NCBI GenBank assembly: GCA_965116475.1
Contig: OZ220691.1
Span: 1,248,001-1,312,000, forward strand
Length of the DNA: 64,000 nt
Reading direction: 5' to 3'
Source: Gemmatimonadota bacterium
GTDB taxonomy: Bacteria; Gemmatimonadota; Gemmatimonadetes; Palauibacterales; Palauibacteraceae
Shown here: one piece after another, positions 9,054-18,761 of the stretch
Numbering within the stretch: the stretch's first letter is position 1
Layout: every line of letters starts with the position of its first letter
The notes under the pieces: model-generated
What the model was told of the DNA's origin: nothing
Seen by the model: the letters and a program-made list of their open reading frames with translations, nothing else
Database searches by the model: none
Position numbers and translations under genes: made by a program

Positions 9054-10004
9054 CTAGGGGTGACCGTGGCTGTGGCTGGAGCCGTGGCCGTGGCTGGGGC
9101 CGTGGCCGTGTTCGACGTTCCCGGCGCCCGCCGCGCCCGAAAGGCTGCGGTGCACGGTGTCGAGCCAGCGTTCCGTCGAGATGAACCCGGCGCCCCAGTC
9201 CGCCCACTCCTCGGCGACGCCCTCGCCCTGGATCTGTTCGCTGCTCAGCCCCGCTTCGATCTTGCCGCGGACCATCGCGATCGTCTCGGTGATCATGCGG
9301 TGGTACGTCCGCAGGTCGTCCACGGTGGAGAGCGGACCGTGCCCGGGGATGATCCGGATGTCGGCCGGCACGTTGGCCAGCACCTGCGAGATCCCGTTCG
9401 CGAGCCCCTCCACGTTCCCGCCACTGTCGATGTCGACGAAGGGGAAGCGGCCGGCGAAGAAGTCGTCTCCCATGTGGAGGACGTTCGAGCCCGTGAAATG
9501 GATGAGCGCGTCCCCGTCGGTGTGTCCGTGCGGGATGTGGAACGCCCGGATCTCCTCGCCGTTGAAGTGGATGGAGACGGCGTCGTCGAAGGTGACGACG
9601 GGCAGGGCCACGTCGGGCGATCCGCCCGCCTGGAGCCTCGTGCGCACGTTCGTGTGCGCGACGATCGTGGAGGCCTCCCCGAACTCGGCGTTGCCTCCCG
9701 TGTGGTCGCCGTGAAAATGCGTGTTGATGAGGAACTGCGGCTCCGCAGCCGCCTCCGACTGTCCCACTTCCCGCAGTGCGTCCCGGATCTTGTCCGCCAG
9801 CGGCGCGAACTGGTCGTCGACCATCACGACGCCGTCGGGGCCCGAGGACACGCCGATGTTGCCGCCGCTCCCGACCAGCATCCAGACGTTGCCGGCGACG
9901 TGCGTCGCCTCGATCTGGACGGCCGCGAAGTCACGCTGCGAGAATGCGGGGGTGGAGAAGAGACCCGCGCAAAGGGTCGCGAGAAAAAGCGATCGAACTT
10001 TCAT
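9054..10004 (-). CDS. Secreted MBL-fold metallo-hydrolase (cyclase-like) with His-rich C-terminal tail
   Basis: THFHGDHTGGN, GHTDGD, HMGD and PGHG motifs; signal peptide; tail HGHGPSHGHGSSHSHGHP. Confidence 0.88.
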   Translation of the reverse strand: MKVRSLFLATLCAGLFSTPAFSQRDFAAVQIEATHVAGNVWMLVGSGGNIGVSSGPDGVVMVDDQFAPLADKIRDALREVGQSEAAAEPQFLINTHFHGDHTGGNAEFGEASTIVAHTNVRTRLQAGGSPDVALPVVTFDDAVSIHFNGEEIRAFHIPHGHTDGDALIHFTGSNVLHMGDDFFAGRFPFVDIDSGGNVEGLANGISQVLANVPADIRIIPGHGPLSTVDDLRTYHRMITETIAMVRGKIEAGLSSEQIQGEGVAEEWADWGAGFISTERWLDTVHRSLSGAAGAGNVEHGHGPSHGHGSSHSHGHP

Positions 10005-10178
10005 GGAAAGAAACTCCTGAATACGGGCGCCGCGTGGCGCCGAACGCGTATCTCCGGGCACGTACCGCCGGGCGCCCGAAGATGGGGCAGGGCGCGGGCC
10101 AATGCCACCTTTGGCCGCCGCCGGCCGAAGCGCCGGAACTCTTGACCACCCGAGGATCCCCGAAGCACACTGCGCAAA

Positions 10179-10871
10179 ATGCGCAGCTATGTCGTTTTTC
10201 TCCTGCTCTTTTCGGTCAAGGTCGCGGCAAAGGCGCTCTGCCGGGTGCGGCTGGAGTGGCTCCGCGAAGCCGACGATCCCTGGGCGGGGCTGCGCGTGCT
10301 CGCCCTGCTCAACCACACGAGTCTCTTCGAACCGGTATTCCTCGCCGCGGTCCCCAGCCGCGTGCTGTGGCAACTCGCGACGCACGGCGTCGTGCCGCTC
10401 GCGGACAAGACCGCGGCCCGACCGATCCTGGGTCGGCTCTTCCTGCTCTTCGCCAAACACGTGGTGCCGGTGACGCGCGAGAAGGATGACACGTGGGAGG
10501 AAGTGCTCCGGCAGGTCCGGGATCCGGAGGCCGTACTCCTCATCCTGCCGGAAGGGCGGATGATGCGGCGCACGGGGCTGGACGTTCAGGGGAATCCCAT
10601 GACGATCCGCGGGGGAATCGCGGATATCCTCCGGGCGATGCCGGACGGTCGGCTGTTCATCGCCTACAGCGGCGGGCTTCATCACATCCAGGCCCCCGGG
10701 GAACGGTTCCCGCGACCCTTCCGGAGCGCCTGGCTGGGCGCCGAGGTCGTGGATATCGAGGAATACTGCGGAGAACTGGGCGGCACGGAGTGCGCGGAGA
10801 CCTTCAAGGTGGCCGTGATCGAGGACCTGACGCGCCGGCGCGACGCGTACTGCTACGGCAACCGGAAGTAA
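10179..10871 (+). CDS. Lysophospholipid/1-acyl-sn-glycerol-3-phosphate acyltransferase family protein
   Basis: NHTSLFE (HX4D/E) and LPEGR motifs. Confidence 0.75.
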   Translation: MRSYVVFLLLFSVKVAAKALCRVRLEWLREADDPWAGLRVLALLNHTSLFEPVFLAAVPSRVLWQLATHGVVPLADKTAARPILGRLFLLFAKHVVPVTREKDDTWEEVLRQVRDPEAVLLILPEGRMMRRTGLDVQGNPMTIRGGIADILRAMPDGRLFIAYSGGLHHIQAPGERFPRPFRSAWLGAEVVDIEEYCGELGGTECAETFKVAVIEDLTRRRDAYCYGNRK

Positions 10872-10888
10872 GCCGGAGGGGCGCCCCG

Positions 10889-12214
10889 TCAGTTGAAGCG
10901 GGCGCGCCTCCAGTCGCCCTCCCGGTCGAAGGTCCACGCATCCCCGTCGATCACGACGAACGAGATGCGGCGCGCGTTCCGGATGTCGGCAAGGGGGTTC
11001 GCCTCCAGGACGACGAAGTCGGCACGCTTCCCGATCTCGATCGTCCCCCGCTCGTGCAATTGGCCGAGCGCGATCGCGCCGTTCCTCGTGGCCATGCCGA
11101 GGACTTCGAGGGGCGGGATGCCGGCCGCCACGAGCAACTGCATCTCACTGTGGAAACCCTCACCCCACGGCGTCGTGCGCGGAGCGTCGGATCCCACGAG
11201 CAGGCGGACGCCGTGGCCGTGAAAAGTCCGGACCAGCGCCTCGGCCTTGGGCCACACCGCCTCGAGCGCCGTCCGGTCGTCGTTGGACAGCGGAGCGCAG
11301 GTGGCGACGCCGGCCGGACAATCGAGGGAGGCGGACGCGCTGGCGAGCATTGGCAGGAGGGCCGAGTCGTTCGAGAGGAGCGCGGTGACGGCGCGGTCGA
11401 CGTCGGGCCCCTGCGGCTCCAGCCGCTCGAGCCAGGCGACCTGGGCCGGAACCTGCCCCGCCTCGGCCAGCGCCTCGAAGGGTCCGCGTTCTCCCTCGGG
11501 AAGCAGCTCGGCGTCGCCGGAGACGAGCGGACCCGCGACGGTGGAGCCCGCACGGAGGGCCAGCAGCCACCCGCCATCGCGGCGATCGGCCCACAGCGGC
11601 ACTTCCGCGCGGCGCGCGGCCCGCGCGATCCCCACCAGCCACGACGGAGGCACGCCGGAAGCGACGGAGACGAAGCCGGCCCCATCCGCCGCCTGCCGCT
11701 CCACCTCCGCGACGGCGGCGGCTTCCGACTCCAGCGCGACGCCGCGCGTAGCGCTCCCGGCATCGAGGACGGGCCCGCCGACGTAGACGGAAGGAACGGG
11801 ATCATCGCCGAACCCTCCGCGGCCCCGCTCCTCGAAGGCGGCCAGGGATGTGGCTCCGTCGCGCACGCCCGTGATTCCGGCGGCCAGCAACGCGCGCAGT
11901 TCTTCCGTGGTTTGGGGCGAGGCGTGCGCATCGATGAACCCGGGCATGAGGTACGAGCCCGAGAGGTCCACGACGACGGTGCCCTCCGGGGCGGCCACGG
12001 AACCCTGGGCGCCGATGTCCCGGATTCGGCCGCCCCACACGAGGACGGCCGAGGAAGGCCTGGGCGGCCCGCCGCGGCCGTCGATCACGGTCACGTTGGT
12101 GAACAACTCGGATTGCGGCGTGATGAACGTGTCCTGGCCGACGCCCGCCAAACCGCCGGGGAGGCCCAGCCCCGCCAGGATCGCGGAGGCGGCGAGGCGC
12201 GGCCGGCGTCTCAT
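10889..12214 (-). CDS. Secreted amidohydrolase-fold protein with degenerate metal-binding motifs
   Basis: VIDGRG, PGFIDAH, GSDAP and GTIEIGKRADFVVL motifs; signal peptide. Confidence 0.8.
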   Translation of the reverse strand: MRRRPRLAASAILAGLGLPGGLAGVGQDTFITPQSELFTNVTVIDGRGGPPRPSSAVLVWGGRIRDIGAQGSVAAPEGTVVVDLSGSYLMPGFIDAHASPQTTEELRALLAAGITGVRDGATSLAAFEERGRGGFGDDPVPSVYVGGPVLDAGSATRGVALESEAAAVAEVERQAADGAGFVSVASGVPPSWLVGIARAARRAEVPLWADRRDGGWLLALRAGSTVAGPLVSGDAELLPEGERGPFEALAEAGQVPAQVAWLERLEPQGPDVDRAVTALLSNDSALLPMLASASASLDCPAGVATCAPLSNDDRTALEAVWPKAEALVRTFHGHGVRLLVGSDAPRTTPWGEGFHSEMQLLVAAGIPPLEVLGMATRNGAIALGQLHERGTIEIGKRADFVVLEANPLADIRNARRISFVVIDGDAWTFDREGDWRRARFN

Positions 12215-12233
12215 CGTCGCGGCGCGTCGCAAC

Positions 12234-13358
12234 TCAGACGCCGTCCGCCGCTGGTCCATCCGCTGGTCCATCCGCCGGTCCATCCGCCGGTCCATCCGCG
12301 GACCGGATGAAGAGTTCCCGCTTCGGGTAGGGGATCTCCACGCCGGCCTCCGCGAAGGCGCGGAGCGCCCCCTCGCTGATGTCGTCCGCGATGCGCCGTC
12401 GCGCCCTCGCCTCCACGATCCAGACGCGCAGTTGGAGGTTGACCTCGGAGGGGCCGAAGCTGCGGGCGATGACGATCGGCGTGGGATCATCCTTGACCCC
12501 CTCGACGCCCAGGGCGATGTCCACCAGCAGCGACTTCGCCCGCTCGATGTCCGATTCGTACGCGACCGAGAAGGGGATGCGAAGCCGGATGTCCTGGCCG
12601 GACATCGTGTAGTTGACGATGTCGCGCAGCATGAGCTGACTGTTGGGGACGACGATGACGAGATTGTCGGGATTGCGGATCTTCGTGGCCCGGAGACCGA
12701 TCTCGATCACGTCGCCCCAGGACCCCGTCTCGTTGGGCGCGGTCCACAGTTCGATTCGGTCCCCGACCTGGAAGGGGCGATCGACGATGAGGAGCACTCC
12801 CGCGATCACGTTGGAGAGCGTGTCTTTGGCGGCGAGCGACAGGGCGAGACCCATGACGCCGGCCCCGGCGAGGAGAGGCGCGATGTTGATGCCCAGTTCC
12901 GCGAGCGCGAGGACGATGCCGAGGGCGATGACCGCGAAGCGGATCGCCTTGTTGATCATCGGGAGCGCCGTCTTGTCGAGCGGTGTCGACGTGCGCGAGA
13001 CGACCTCGGTTTCGAGCGCCGTCAGGAGATCTCCGATGAAGCGGCTCAACGGGAAGAAGAGGACGCCGATCCAGATCGCGTAGACCCACTGGGCCGCGGT
13101 CGCCAGAGTCCAGATGTCCAGCAGACGCCAGACCGCCCACGCCCCGCTCGACAGCAGCAGGGCCTGGCGGAGCAGCCGCACGGCCAGATCGTCGACCTGC
13201 GTCGCGGTTCGCGTGACCCACTGCTTCTGGGCACGGCCCAGGACCATCAGGGCCACGAGGTAGACGAGGCCGGCGACCACGATGTGGATCAGGCTGGGCA
13301 GCCAGCGCGGAGCCATGAAGGCGACCGCTTCGCTCCACAGTTGTGACAGTGTCTCCAT
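12234..13358 (-). CDS. mscS: Small-conductance mechanosensitive channel (MscS family)
   Basis: LLAGAGVMGLALSLAAKDTLSN, RPFQVGDRI, IGLRATKIR, VPNS and GVEIPYP. Confidence 0.92.
   Translation of the reverse strand: METLSQLWSEAVAFMAPRWLPSLIHIVVAGLVYLVALMVLGRAQKQWVTRTATQVDDLAVRLLRQALLLSSGAWAVWRLLDIWTLATAAQWVYAIWIGVLFFPLSRFIGDLLTALETEVVSRTSTPLDKTALPMINKAIRFAVIALGIVLALAELGINIAPLLAGAGVMGLALSLAAKDTLSNVIAGVLLIVDRPFQVGDRIELWTAPNETGSWGDVIEIGLRATKIRNPDNLVIVVPNSQLMLRDIVNYTMSGQDIRLRIPFSVAYESDIERAKSLLVDIALGVEGVKDDPTPIVIARSFGPSEVNLQLRVWIVEARARRRIADDISEGALRAFAEAGVEIPYPKRELFIRSADGPADGPADGPADGPAADGV
12249..12299. repeat. 12-nt tandem repeat (GGTCCATCCGCY x4) encoding ADGP repeats at the MscS C-terminus
   Basis: Units at 12253, 12265, 12277 and 12289. 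Confidence 0.85.
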
Positions 13359-13540
13359 CGGGCCTCGCCTCTCTCAAGCTATTGCAGCCACGCGCCGGGC
13401 TCTCGCACCCGCGGGGCACCTGCACCCCTGCGCGCGGGTGCCGCACGATGCCGCGCAGAATCGTATCGTAATGGTACCGTGGCAGCCTTCTTGCGGATAA
13501 CTTGGGGGATCGAGCGGCAGGAATCGAACCGGGAGCGGTG

Positions 13541-14104
13541 ATGTTGAACGGAAAGTTCGGAAATGCGGTTGTCGGAGCGGCCTTCCTCGGGTTGGCGATG
13601 CTCGTCAGCGCGTGCGCGCCGGAAGCAGCGGGGGAGAGCGGGCGCACGGCGGCCGCGGTCTCGTCAACGGCCGCGGCCTCGTCGACGGCCATGGTCGATG
13701 CGACGCTGGCCGCGACCATCGCGGAGACGCCGACGATCAAGGTCTACAAGTCTCCCACCTGCGGGTGCTGCGCCCTCTGGGTAGACCACATGCGGGAGGC
13801 GGGGTTCGAACTTGACGTCCTCGACGTGGACGATGCGGAACTGGTCCGCGTGAAGCTCGACGGGGACGTACCGCTGCGGATGCAGACCTGCCACACGGCG
13901 TTCGTGGGCGACTACGTGTTCGAGGGTCACATCCCCGCGGACGTCATCGCCCGGTTCCTCGCCGAGAAGCCCTCCGCGCGCGGACTCGCGGTGCCCGGGA
14001 TGCCGATCGGGTCCCCGGGCATGGAGTTCGGCGATCGCGTCGACCCGTACGACGTGATCCGCTTCGACGACGCCGGCAACACGTCGATCTACGAGAGCCG
14101 CTGA
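13541..14104 (+). CDS. DUF411 metal-binding lipoprotein
   Basis: VYKSPTCGCCxxW, CHTA, EGHIPA and GLAVPGMPIGSPGME; lipobox LVSAC. Confidence 0.9.
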   Translation: MLNGKFGNAVVGAAFLGLAMLVSACAPEAAGESGRTAAAVSSTAAASSTAMVDATLAATIAETPTIKVYKSPTCGCCALWVDHMREAGFELDVLDVDDAELVRVKLDGDVPLRMQTCHTAFVGDYVFEGHIPADVIARFLAEKPSARGLAVPGMPIGSPGMEFGDRVDPYDVIRFDDAGNTSIYESR

Positions 14105-14234
14105 CTGCCGTGATCCGATGGTCCCTTGACTACCGATCTCGAATCGTACTTTTTCGGGAAGGCAGGGCTGTCGGCGCGCGCAGGGGGGGCGGTAGCTTTT
14201 CCGCTGCGGCAGCCAGTCCCACCAACCATCTCGG

Positions 14235-15332
14235 ATGGCGGTGGTTTCCATGAGCTCCAGCGATGGTCACGGACACGATCATGACCACGATCATGGGCAT
14301 GATCACGACCACGCGCATGATCACGACGATGATCACGACCATGATCACCACCACCACGGGCATGATCACGACCACCATCACCACCACGGTATTTTCGGCG
14401 CCCACGATCATTCGGACGAACTGAGGAACGCCAGCAAGCGCGACCTGACGGTCGCCCTGCTGATCATCGCCAGCTTCATGTTCGTAGAGGTGGTCGGGGG
14501 CATCCTGTCCGGAAGTCTGGCGCTCATCGCCGACGCGGGGCACATGCTCACCGACGCGGCTTCCATCGGCCTCGCGCTGTTCGCCGTGCACTTCGCGACG
14601 CGTGCCGCCTCGGTGGAGCGCACGTTCGGCTACCACCGGCTTGAGATCCTCGCCGCCCTCATCAACGCCCTCACGCTGTGGCTGATCTCGGCCTGGGTGA
14701 TCTTCGAGGCGTACCACCGCTTCCAGGATATCCCGGAGGTCGAGGGCGGCCTGATGCTGATCGTGGGGACCCTCGGGCTGCTCGCCAATCTCGCCGCGGC
14801 CTGGGTGCTGCACCGGTCGGCGAAGCACAGCGTGAACGTCGAAGGCGCCCTGGCCCACGTGATCGCCGACATCCTCGGGTCGGTGGCAGTCATCGTGTCC
14901 GGCGTGCTCGTATGGGCCTTCGGCTGGTACATCTCGGATCCGATCCTCAGCGTCCTCATCGGGATACTGATCCTGCTCAGCACATGGCGCCTGCTGGCCA
15001 AGGTTGTACACGTGCTGCTCGAGGGGACGCCGGATCACGTCGACGTGTACAAGCTCTGCCACCAGATCGAGGATCTTGAGGGGGTCACGGTGATTCACGA
15101 TGTCCATGTGTGGACGCTCGCACCGGGCTACGACGCGCTCACGGCGCATGTCCTGGTGGATCCGGAGCACGGGGGCGATACGACGAAGCTCCTCGACAGG
15201 ATCCGGGAGATCGCCTACGACGACTTCAACCTGCAGCACGTCACGGTCCAGGTGGAGACCAGTGCCGCGCAGTGCAACGAAGACCACCACGTCGACCATT
15301 TGGTCGCAACGGCGCGACCTCACTCTCACTAG
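14235..15332 (+). CDS. czcD: Cation diffusion facilitator (CzcD/ZitB-like Zn/Co/Cd exporter) with long His/Asp N-terminal tract; alternative start 14250
   Basis: SLALIADAGHMLTD, TFGYHRLE, HVIAD, LLEGTP, HDVHVW and HVTVQ. Confidence 0.92.
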   Translation: MAVVSMSSSDGHGHDHDHDHGHDHDHAHDHDDDHDHDHHHHGHDHDHHHHHGIFGAHDHSDELRNASKRDLTVALLIIASFMFVEVVGGILSGSLALIADAGHMLTDAASIGLALFAVHFATRAASVERTFGYHRLEILAALINALTLWLISAWVIFEAYHRFQDIPEVEGGLMLIVGTLGLLANLAAAWVLHRSAKHSVNVEGALAHVIADILGSVAVIVSGVLVWAFGWYISDPILSVLIGILILLSTWRLLAKVVHVLLEGTPDHVDVYKLCHQIEDLEGVTVIHDVHVWTLAPGYDALTAHVLVDPEHGGDTTKLLDRIREIAYDDFNLQHVTVQVETSAAQCNEDHHVDHLVATARPHSH

Positions 15333-15347
15333 TCAAGGAGAACGCAA

Positions 15348-15671
15348 ATGGGCGGCCACGACCACAACTGCGAGGGTCACGACAGCAGCCATAAGCACGG
15401 TGACGGTTGCGGCCACGAAGCCGTGGAGCATGATGGCCATACGGACTACGTCGTCGATGGCCACCTGCACCATGTGCACGGAGATCACTGCGACGACCAC
15501 GGCCCGGCCGAGGGTCATGGCCACGATTGCGATGGGCACGCCAGCGACCACACGCACGGCGACGGCTGCGGCCACGAGGCCGTGGAGCACGATGGCCACA
15601 CGGATTATGTCGTCGATGGCCGCTTGCACCACGTGCACGCCGGGCACTGCGACGATCACGGTCCGGCTTAG
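15348..15671 (+). CDS. His/Cys-rich metal-binding mini-protein made of two approximately 53-aa repeats
   Basis: AAGGAG RBS; 27 His and 6 Cys in 107 aa; repeat HxHGDGCGHEAVEHDGHTDYVVDGxLHHVHxxHCDDHGPA. Confidence 0.85.
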   Translation: MGGHDHNCEGHDSSHKHGDGCGHEAVEHDGHTDYVVDGHLHHVHGDHCDDHGPAEGHGHDCDGHASDHTHGDGCGHEAVEHDGHTDYVVDGRLHHVHAGHCDDHGPA

Positions 15672-15782
15672 CGGTCCGTCAGCTTTTTTCGGGAGCAGCC
15701 GTCGGCCGGGGTCGGAGGCGGCTCCTCCCGATCCACCTCCGCCGCGAGCTTCCGGCGCGGGACGCCACCTGACAGGTTCTGA

Positions 15783-16382
15783 ATGACCCCGTTCATCCTT
15801 GCGCTGTTGGCGCCGGTTGCCGGAGTGCTTCTTTACGTCTGGCTACACAACCGCCCTCACACCATGCGGATGATCGACACGATCGTCTTCGTGGCGCTGC
15901 CGCTGCTGGTCGCGTGGCAAATCTTCCCGCACGTCTGGCTGGAACGTCAGATCACGCCCCTCCTCGCCGTGATCGCGGGGGGCGGCGTCCTCTATCTCAT
16001 CGAGAAGATCTCCCACAGAATGGCGCAGCACACGGACAACCTCACGATTCTACTTGGCGTGGCGTCGATGGTGCTGCACGCGTTGCTGGAGGGCGGCGCC
16101 CTGACGCCCGCCCTGGCGAGCACTCCTTTCGCCTTCGCCGTCATCGTGCATCGGGTCGCCGTGGGGCTGCTCATCTGGTGGCTGCTCGAGCCTCGGCATG
16201 GTGTCATCGTGGCCATTGGCGGGGTCGGCGCCATCCTCCTGGCGACGATGATCGGCTTCGCGGCGGGGACGGAGATACTCCCGGATGAGCACGCGGCCAT
16301 CGAACTCTACCAGGCCTTTATCGCGGGGTCTCTGCTACACGTCGTGTTTCACCAGGGGCGCCACGACCACGTTCACGACTAG
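15783..16382 (+). CDS. Small ZIP-like metal permease
   Basis: Multiple TM helices; HALLEG, VHRVAVG and GSLLHV resemble ZIP TM4/TM5/TM7 motifs; C-terminal HDHVHD. Confidence 0.6.
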   Translation: MTPFILALLAPVAGVLLYVWLHNRPHTMRMIDTIVFVALPLLVAWQIFPHVWLERQITPLLAVIAGGGVLYLIEKISHRMAQHTDNLTILLGVASMVLHALLEGGALTPALASTPFAFAVIVHRVAVGLLIWWLLEPRHGVIVAIGGVGAILLATMIGFAAGTEILPDEHAAIELYQAFIAGSLLHVVFHQGRHDHVHD

Positions 16383-16404
16383 CAGGCCCGGCCGCCGGGC
16401 CGGC

Positions 16405-18723
16405 TCACCGCCTCGGCGAGGTGCGCCACGGACTTCCTCGTCGCCAGCCTCGGACCGGGTAGCCGCACGAAGCCTCGGGCGCCGTGCCCGCGAGGAAGAG
16501 TTCGGGCTGGCCCCGACATCCCCACCCGGCGCGCAGGCCGGTCCGGGGCTCGACTTCGACCCATTCCACGCCTGCCGGGAATCGGAAGTCGCTTCCGCCG
16601 TCGCGTCCGAGGACCCGGATGAGGAAGTCCGTGAAGATCGGCTGGGCGGCGCGCGACCCGGAGAGGCCCAGACGCGTCCCGTCGTCGAAGCCGACCCAGA
16701 CGCCGATGGCCAGTTCCGGCGTGTAACCGACGAACCAGGCATCGCGCGAGCCGTTCGTGGTCCCGGACTTTGCCGCGAGGGGACCCCTGTACCCGGCCGC
16801 GCGCACGCCGCTCCCGGTGCCGCGCTCCACCACGCCGCCTAGCGCGGACGTCACGAGGTACGCCTCCGCCGGGCTGATGACGGCCTCGCGATGAAGCTCG
16901 GCCGGTCGGATGGGCTCGCCCTCTCGACCCAGAACCGCGCGGGCGGCGCGCGGAGGCGCCCGTCTTCCCTCCGCCGCGAACACCGCGTAGGCCGCCGTCA
17001 GCTCGAGCAGCGTCACCTCCGAGGCGCCGAGGGCAAGACTCGGATATGGGGCCAGGGGACTCTCGACACCCAGCCGTTGCGCTGTTTCCACGATCCGCTC
17101 GGGACCGACGGCGAGTCCCAGCCGGGCGAACGGCACGTTGCGAGACCCTTCGAGCGCGTCGCGCAGCCGTACGGGACCGAGGAACTCGCGATCCGCGTTG
17201 GCGGGCCGCCACATCCCGGCCGGCGTCTCGAGCGCCAGCGGTTCGTCCCGCAGCGTGGAAGCCAGGGTGAACGGGACGTCCGCCCGCGGATCCAGCGCGG
17301 CCAGCGCCACGATCGGCTTGAAGGCGCTTCCCGGCTGACGCAGCGCGTCCGCGGCGCGGTTGAACTGCGACGTGCCGTAGGAACGTCCGCCGACCATCGC
17401 GAGGATGTCGCCGCTCCGCGGATCGAGGGCGACGAGGGCCGCCTGGAGAGGCCCCGCCTGCTCGCTGAGGCGGGGACGGATGCGCTCGAGCCTCCGGATG
17501 CCGTCCGACACGGCCAGCTCCGCCGCCCGCTGAATCTCCGGCTCCAGTGACGACACGACGGTCAGGCCCGCGCCCTCCAGGCTCAGCGGCCGCGCTCCGG
17601 ACCCCAGCTCTCGCCGCAGGAAGTCCAGGTACCAGCGGGCATCGGCGCTCCGCTCCCGCGGGGAACGGAGCGTCAGACTCGCTTCGAGTTCGGCGTCCAG
17701 CCGGTCCGCGTCGATGTGCCCGAGCGCGTGCATCTGCCGCAGGACCACGTCCCGCCGGGCCCGGGCGCGCTCCGGGTGCCGGTGCGGCGCATACATGCTG
17801 GGACCTCGAATGATCCCCACGAGCATGGCGGACTGCCCCAGCGTCAACCCGGACACGTCGCGGTCGAAGAAGAACGGCGCGGCGCGGCCAACGCCGTGAA
17901 TCGCCACGCCTCGATCCTGCCCGAGGTAGATGTGGTTCACATACGCTTCGAGGAGACGCCGCTTCGAGAACCGCCTCTCCAGGGCCACGGCGATGGCCGC
18001 CTCGCGCGCCTTCCGGAGCAGCGTGCGATCGGTCGACAGGAAGAGCGTGCGCGCGAGCTGCTGGGTGAGCGTGCTGCCGCCTTCAGCGATCCGCCCCTGA
18101 CGCAGGTTCGAGAGCATGGCGCCGGCGATGCGGCGGGGATCCAGCGCGCCGTGTTCGTAGAAACGGCGATCCTCCACGGTCAGGAGCGCGTCGATGAGAT
18201 GGTCGGGCACTTCCTCGAGCCTCACCGGGATGCGGTCGCGGCCGTGCTCGCCGGGCACGGCGCCGATGACCTCGGGATCCAGGATGAGCGTCTCGATGTG
18301 TTGCCCGTCCGCGTCACGAATCGATGCCACGCGACCCGCCCCGGCGTACCCGCGGAACCGGACGCGCACCAACCCGCCGGGATCCATGTAGCCGCCCAGC
18401 CGCAGCGCCCGCCGGCCGAGCCTCAGTTCTCCGCCGCGCCACGCGAACTCTCCGCGGTCGGGTGCGCGCTTCGAAACGGACCGATAGCCGGCTCGCGTCA
18501 GATGGCCTGCGACCTGCCGGGGCTCCGCGCGGTCGCCCGGACGGAGGACCAGCGGCCGAGCGACGACGCGGGTCGGGGAGACCCCATCGATCGCCTCGAA
18601 GTCGCGCACAACCTTTGCCTCGAAACCGAGATACCCGAGCCAGCCCGCCGCGACGACGCCGGCCAGGATCCCCAGCCTCCGCCAGATTCTGCGCCGGCCT
18701 TTCCTGCCTCTCTTGCGTTTCAC
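16405..18723 (-). CDS. mrcB: Class A penicillin-binding protein (PBP1B-like transglycosylase/transpeptidase)
   Basis: EDRRF, GGSTLTQQL and RKAREA; SAFK, SRN and KSG triad; UB2H-like region after the TM anchor; GTG start approximate. Confidence 0.88.
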   Translation of the reverse strand: MKRKRGRKGRRRIWRRLGILAGVVAAGWLGYLGFEAKVVRDFEAIDGVSPTRVVARPLVLRPGDRAEPRQVAGHLTRAGYRSVSKRAPDRGEFAWRGGELRLGRRALRLGGYMDPGGLVRVRFRGYAGAGRVASIRDADGQHIETLILDPEVIGAVPGEHGRDRIPVRLEEVPDHLIDALLTVEDRRFYEHGALDPRRIAGAMLSNLRQGRIAEGGSTLTQQLARTLFLSTDRTLLRKAREAAIAVALERRFSKRRLLEAYVNHIYLGQDRGVAIHGVGRAAPFFFDRDVSGLTLGQSAMLVGIIRGPSMYAPHRHPERARARRDVVLRQMHALGHIDADRLDAELEASLTLRSPRERSADARWYLDFLRRELGSGARPLSLEGAGLTVVSSLEPEIQRAAELAVSDGIRRLERIRPRLSEQAGPLQAALVALDPRSGDILAMVGGRSYGTSQFNRAADALRQPGSAFKPIVALAALDPRADVPFTLASTLRDEPLALETPAGMWRPANADREFLGPVRLRDALEGSRNVPFARLGLAVGPERIVETAQRLGVESPLAPYPSLALGASEVTLLELTAAYAVFAAEGRRAPPRAARAVLGREGEPIRPAELHREAVISPAEAYLVTSALGGVVERGTGSGVRAAGYRGPLAAKSGTTNGSRDAWFVGYTPELAIGVWVGFDDGTRLGLSGSRAAQPIFTDFLIRVLGRDGGSDFRFPAGVEWVEVEPRTGLRAGWGCRGQPELFLAGTAPEASCGYPVRGWRRGSPWRTSPRR

Positions 18724-18761
18724 ATCGTCTAGGACGCTCCGGGTCGAAAAAAGGTTCCGGA

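Noticed and set aside
14155..14235. NiCo (czcD) or yybP-ykoY riboswitch
   Set aside because: Conserved core nucleotides not recognisable; kept only as an unclassified structured leader
15665..15690. Intrinsic terminator after the His/Cys mini-protein
   Set aside because: T-tract present but the stem is weak and imperfect
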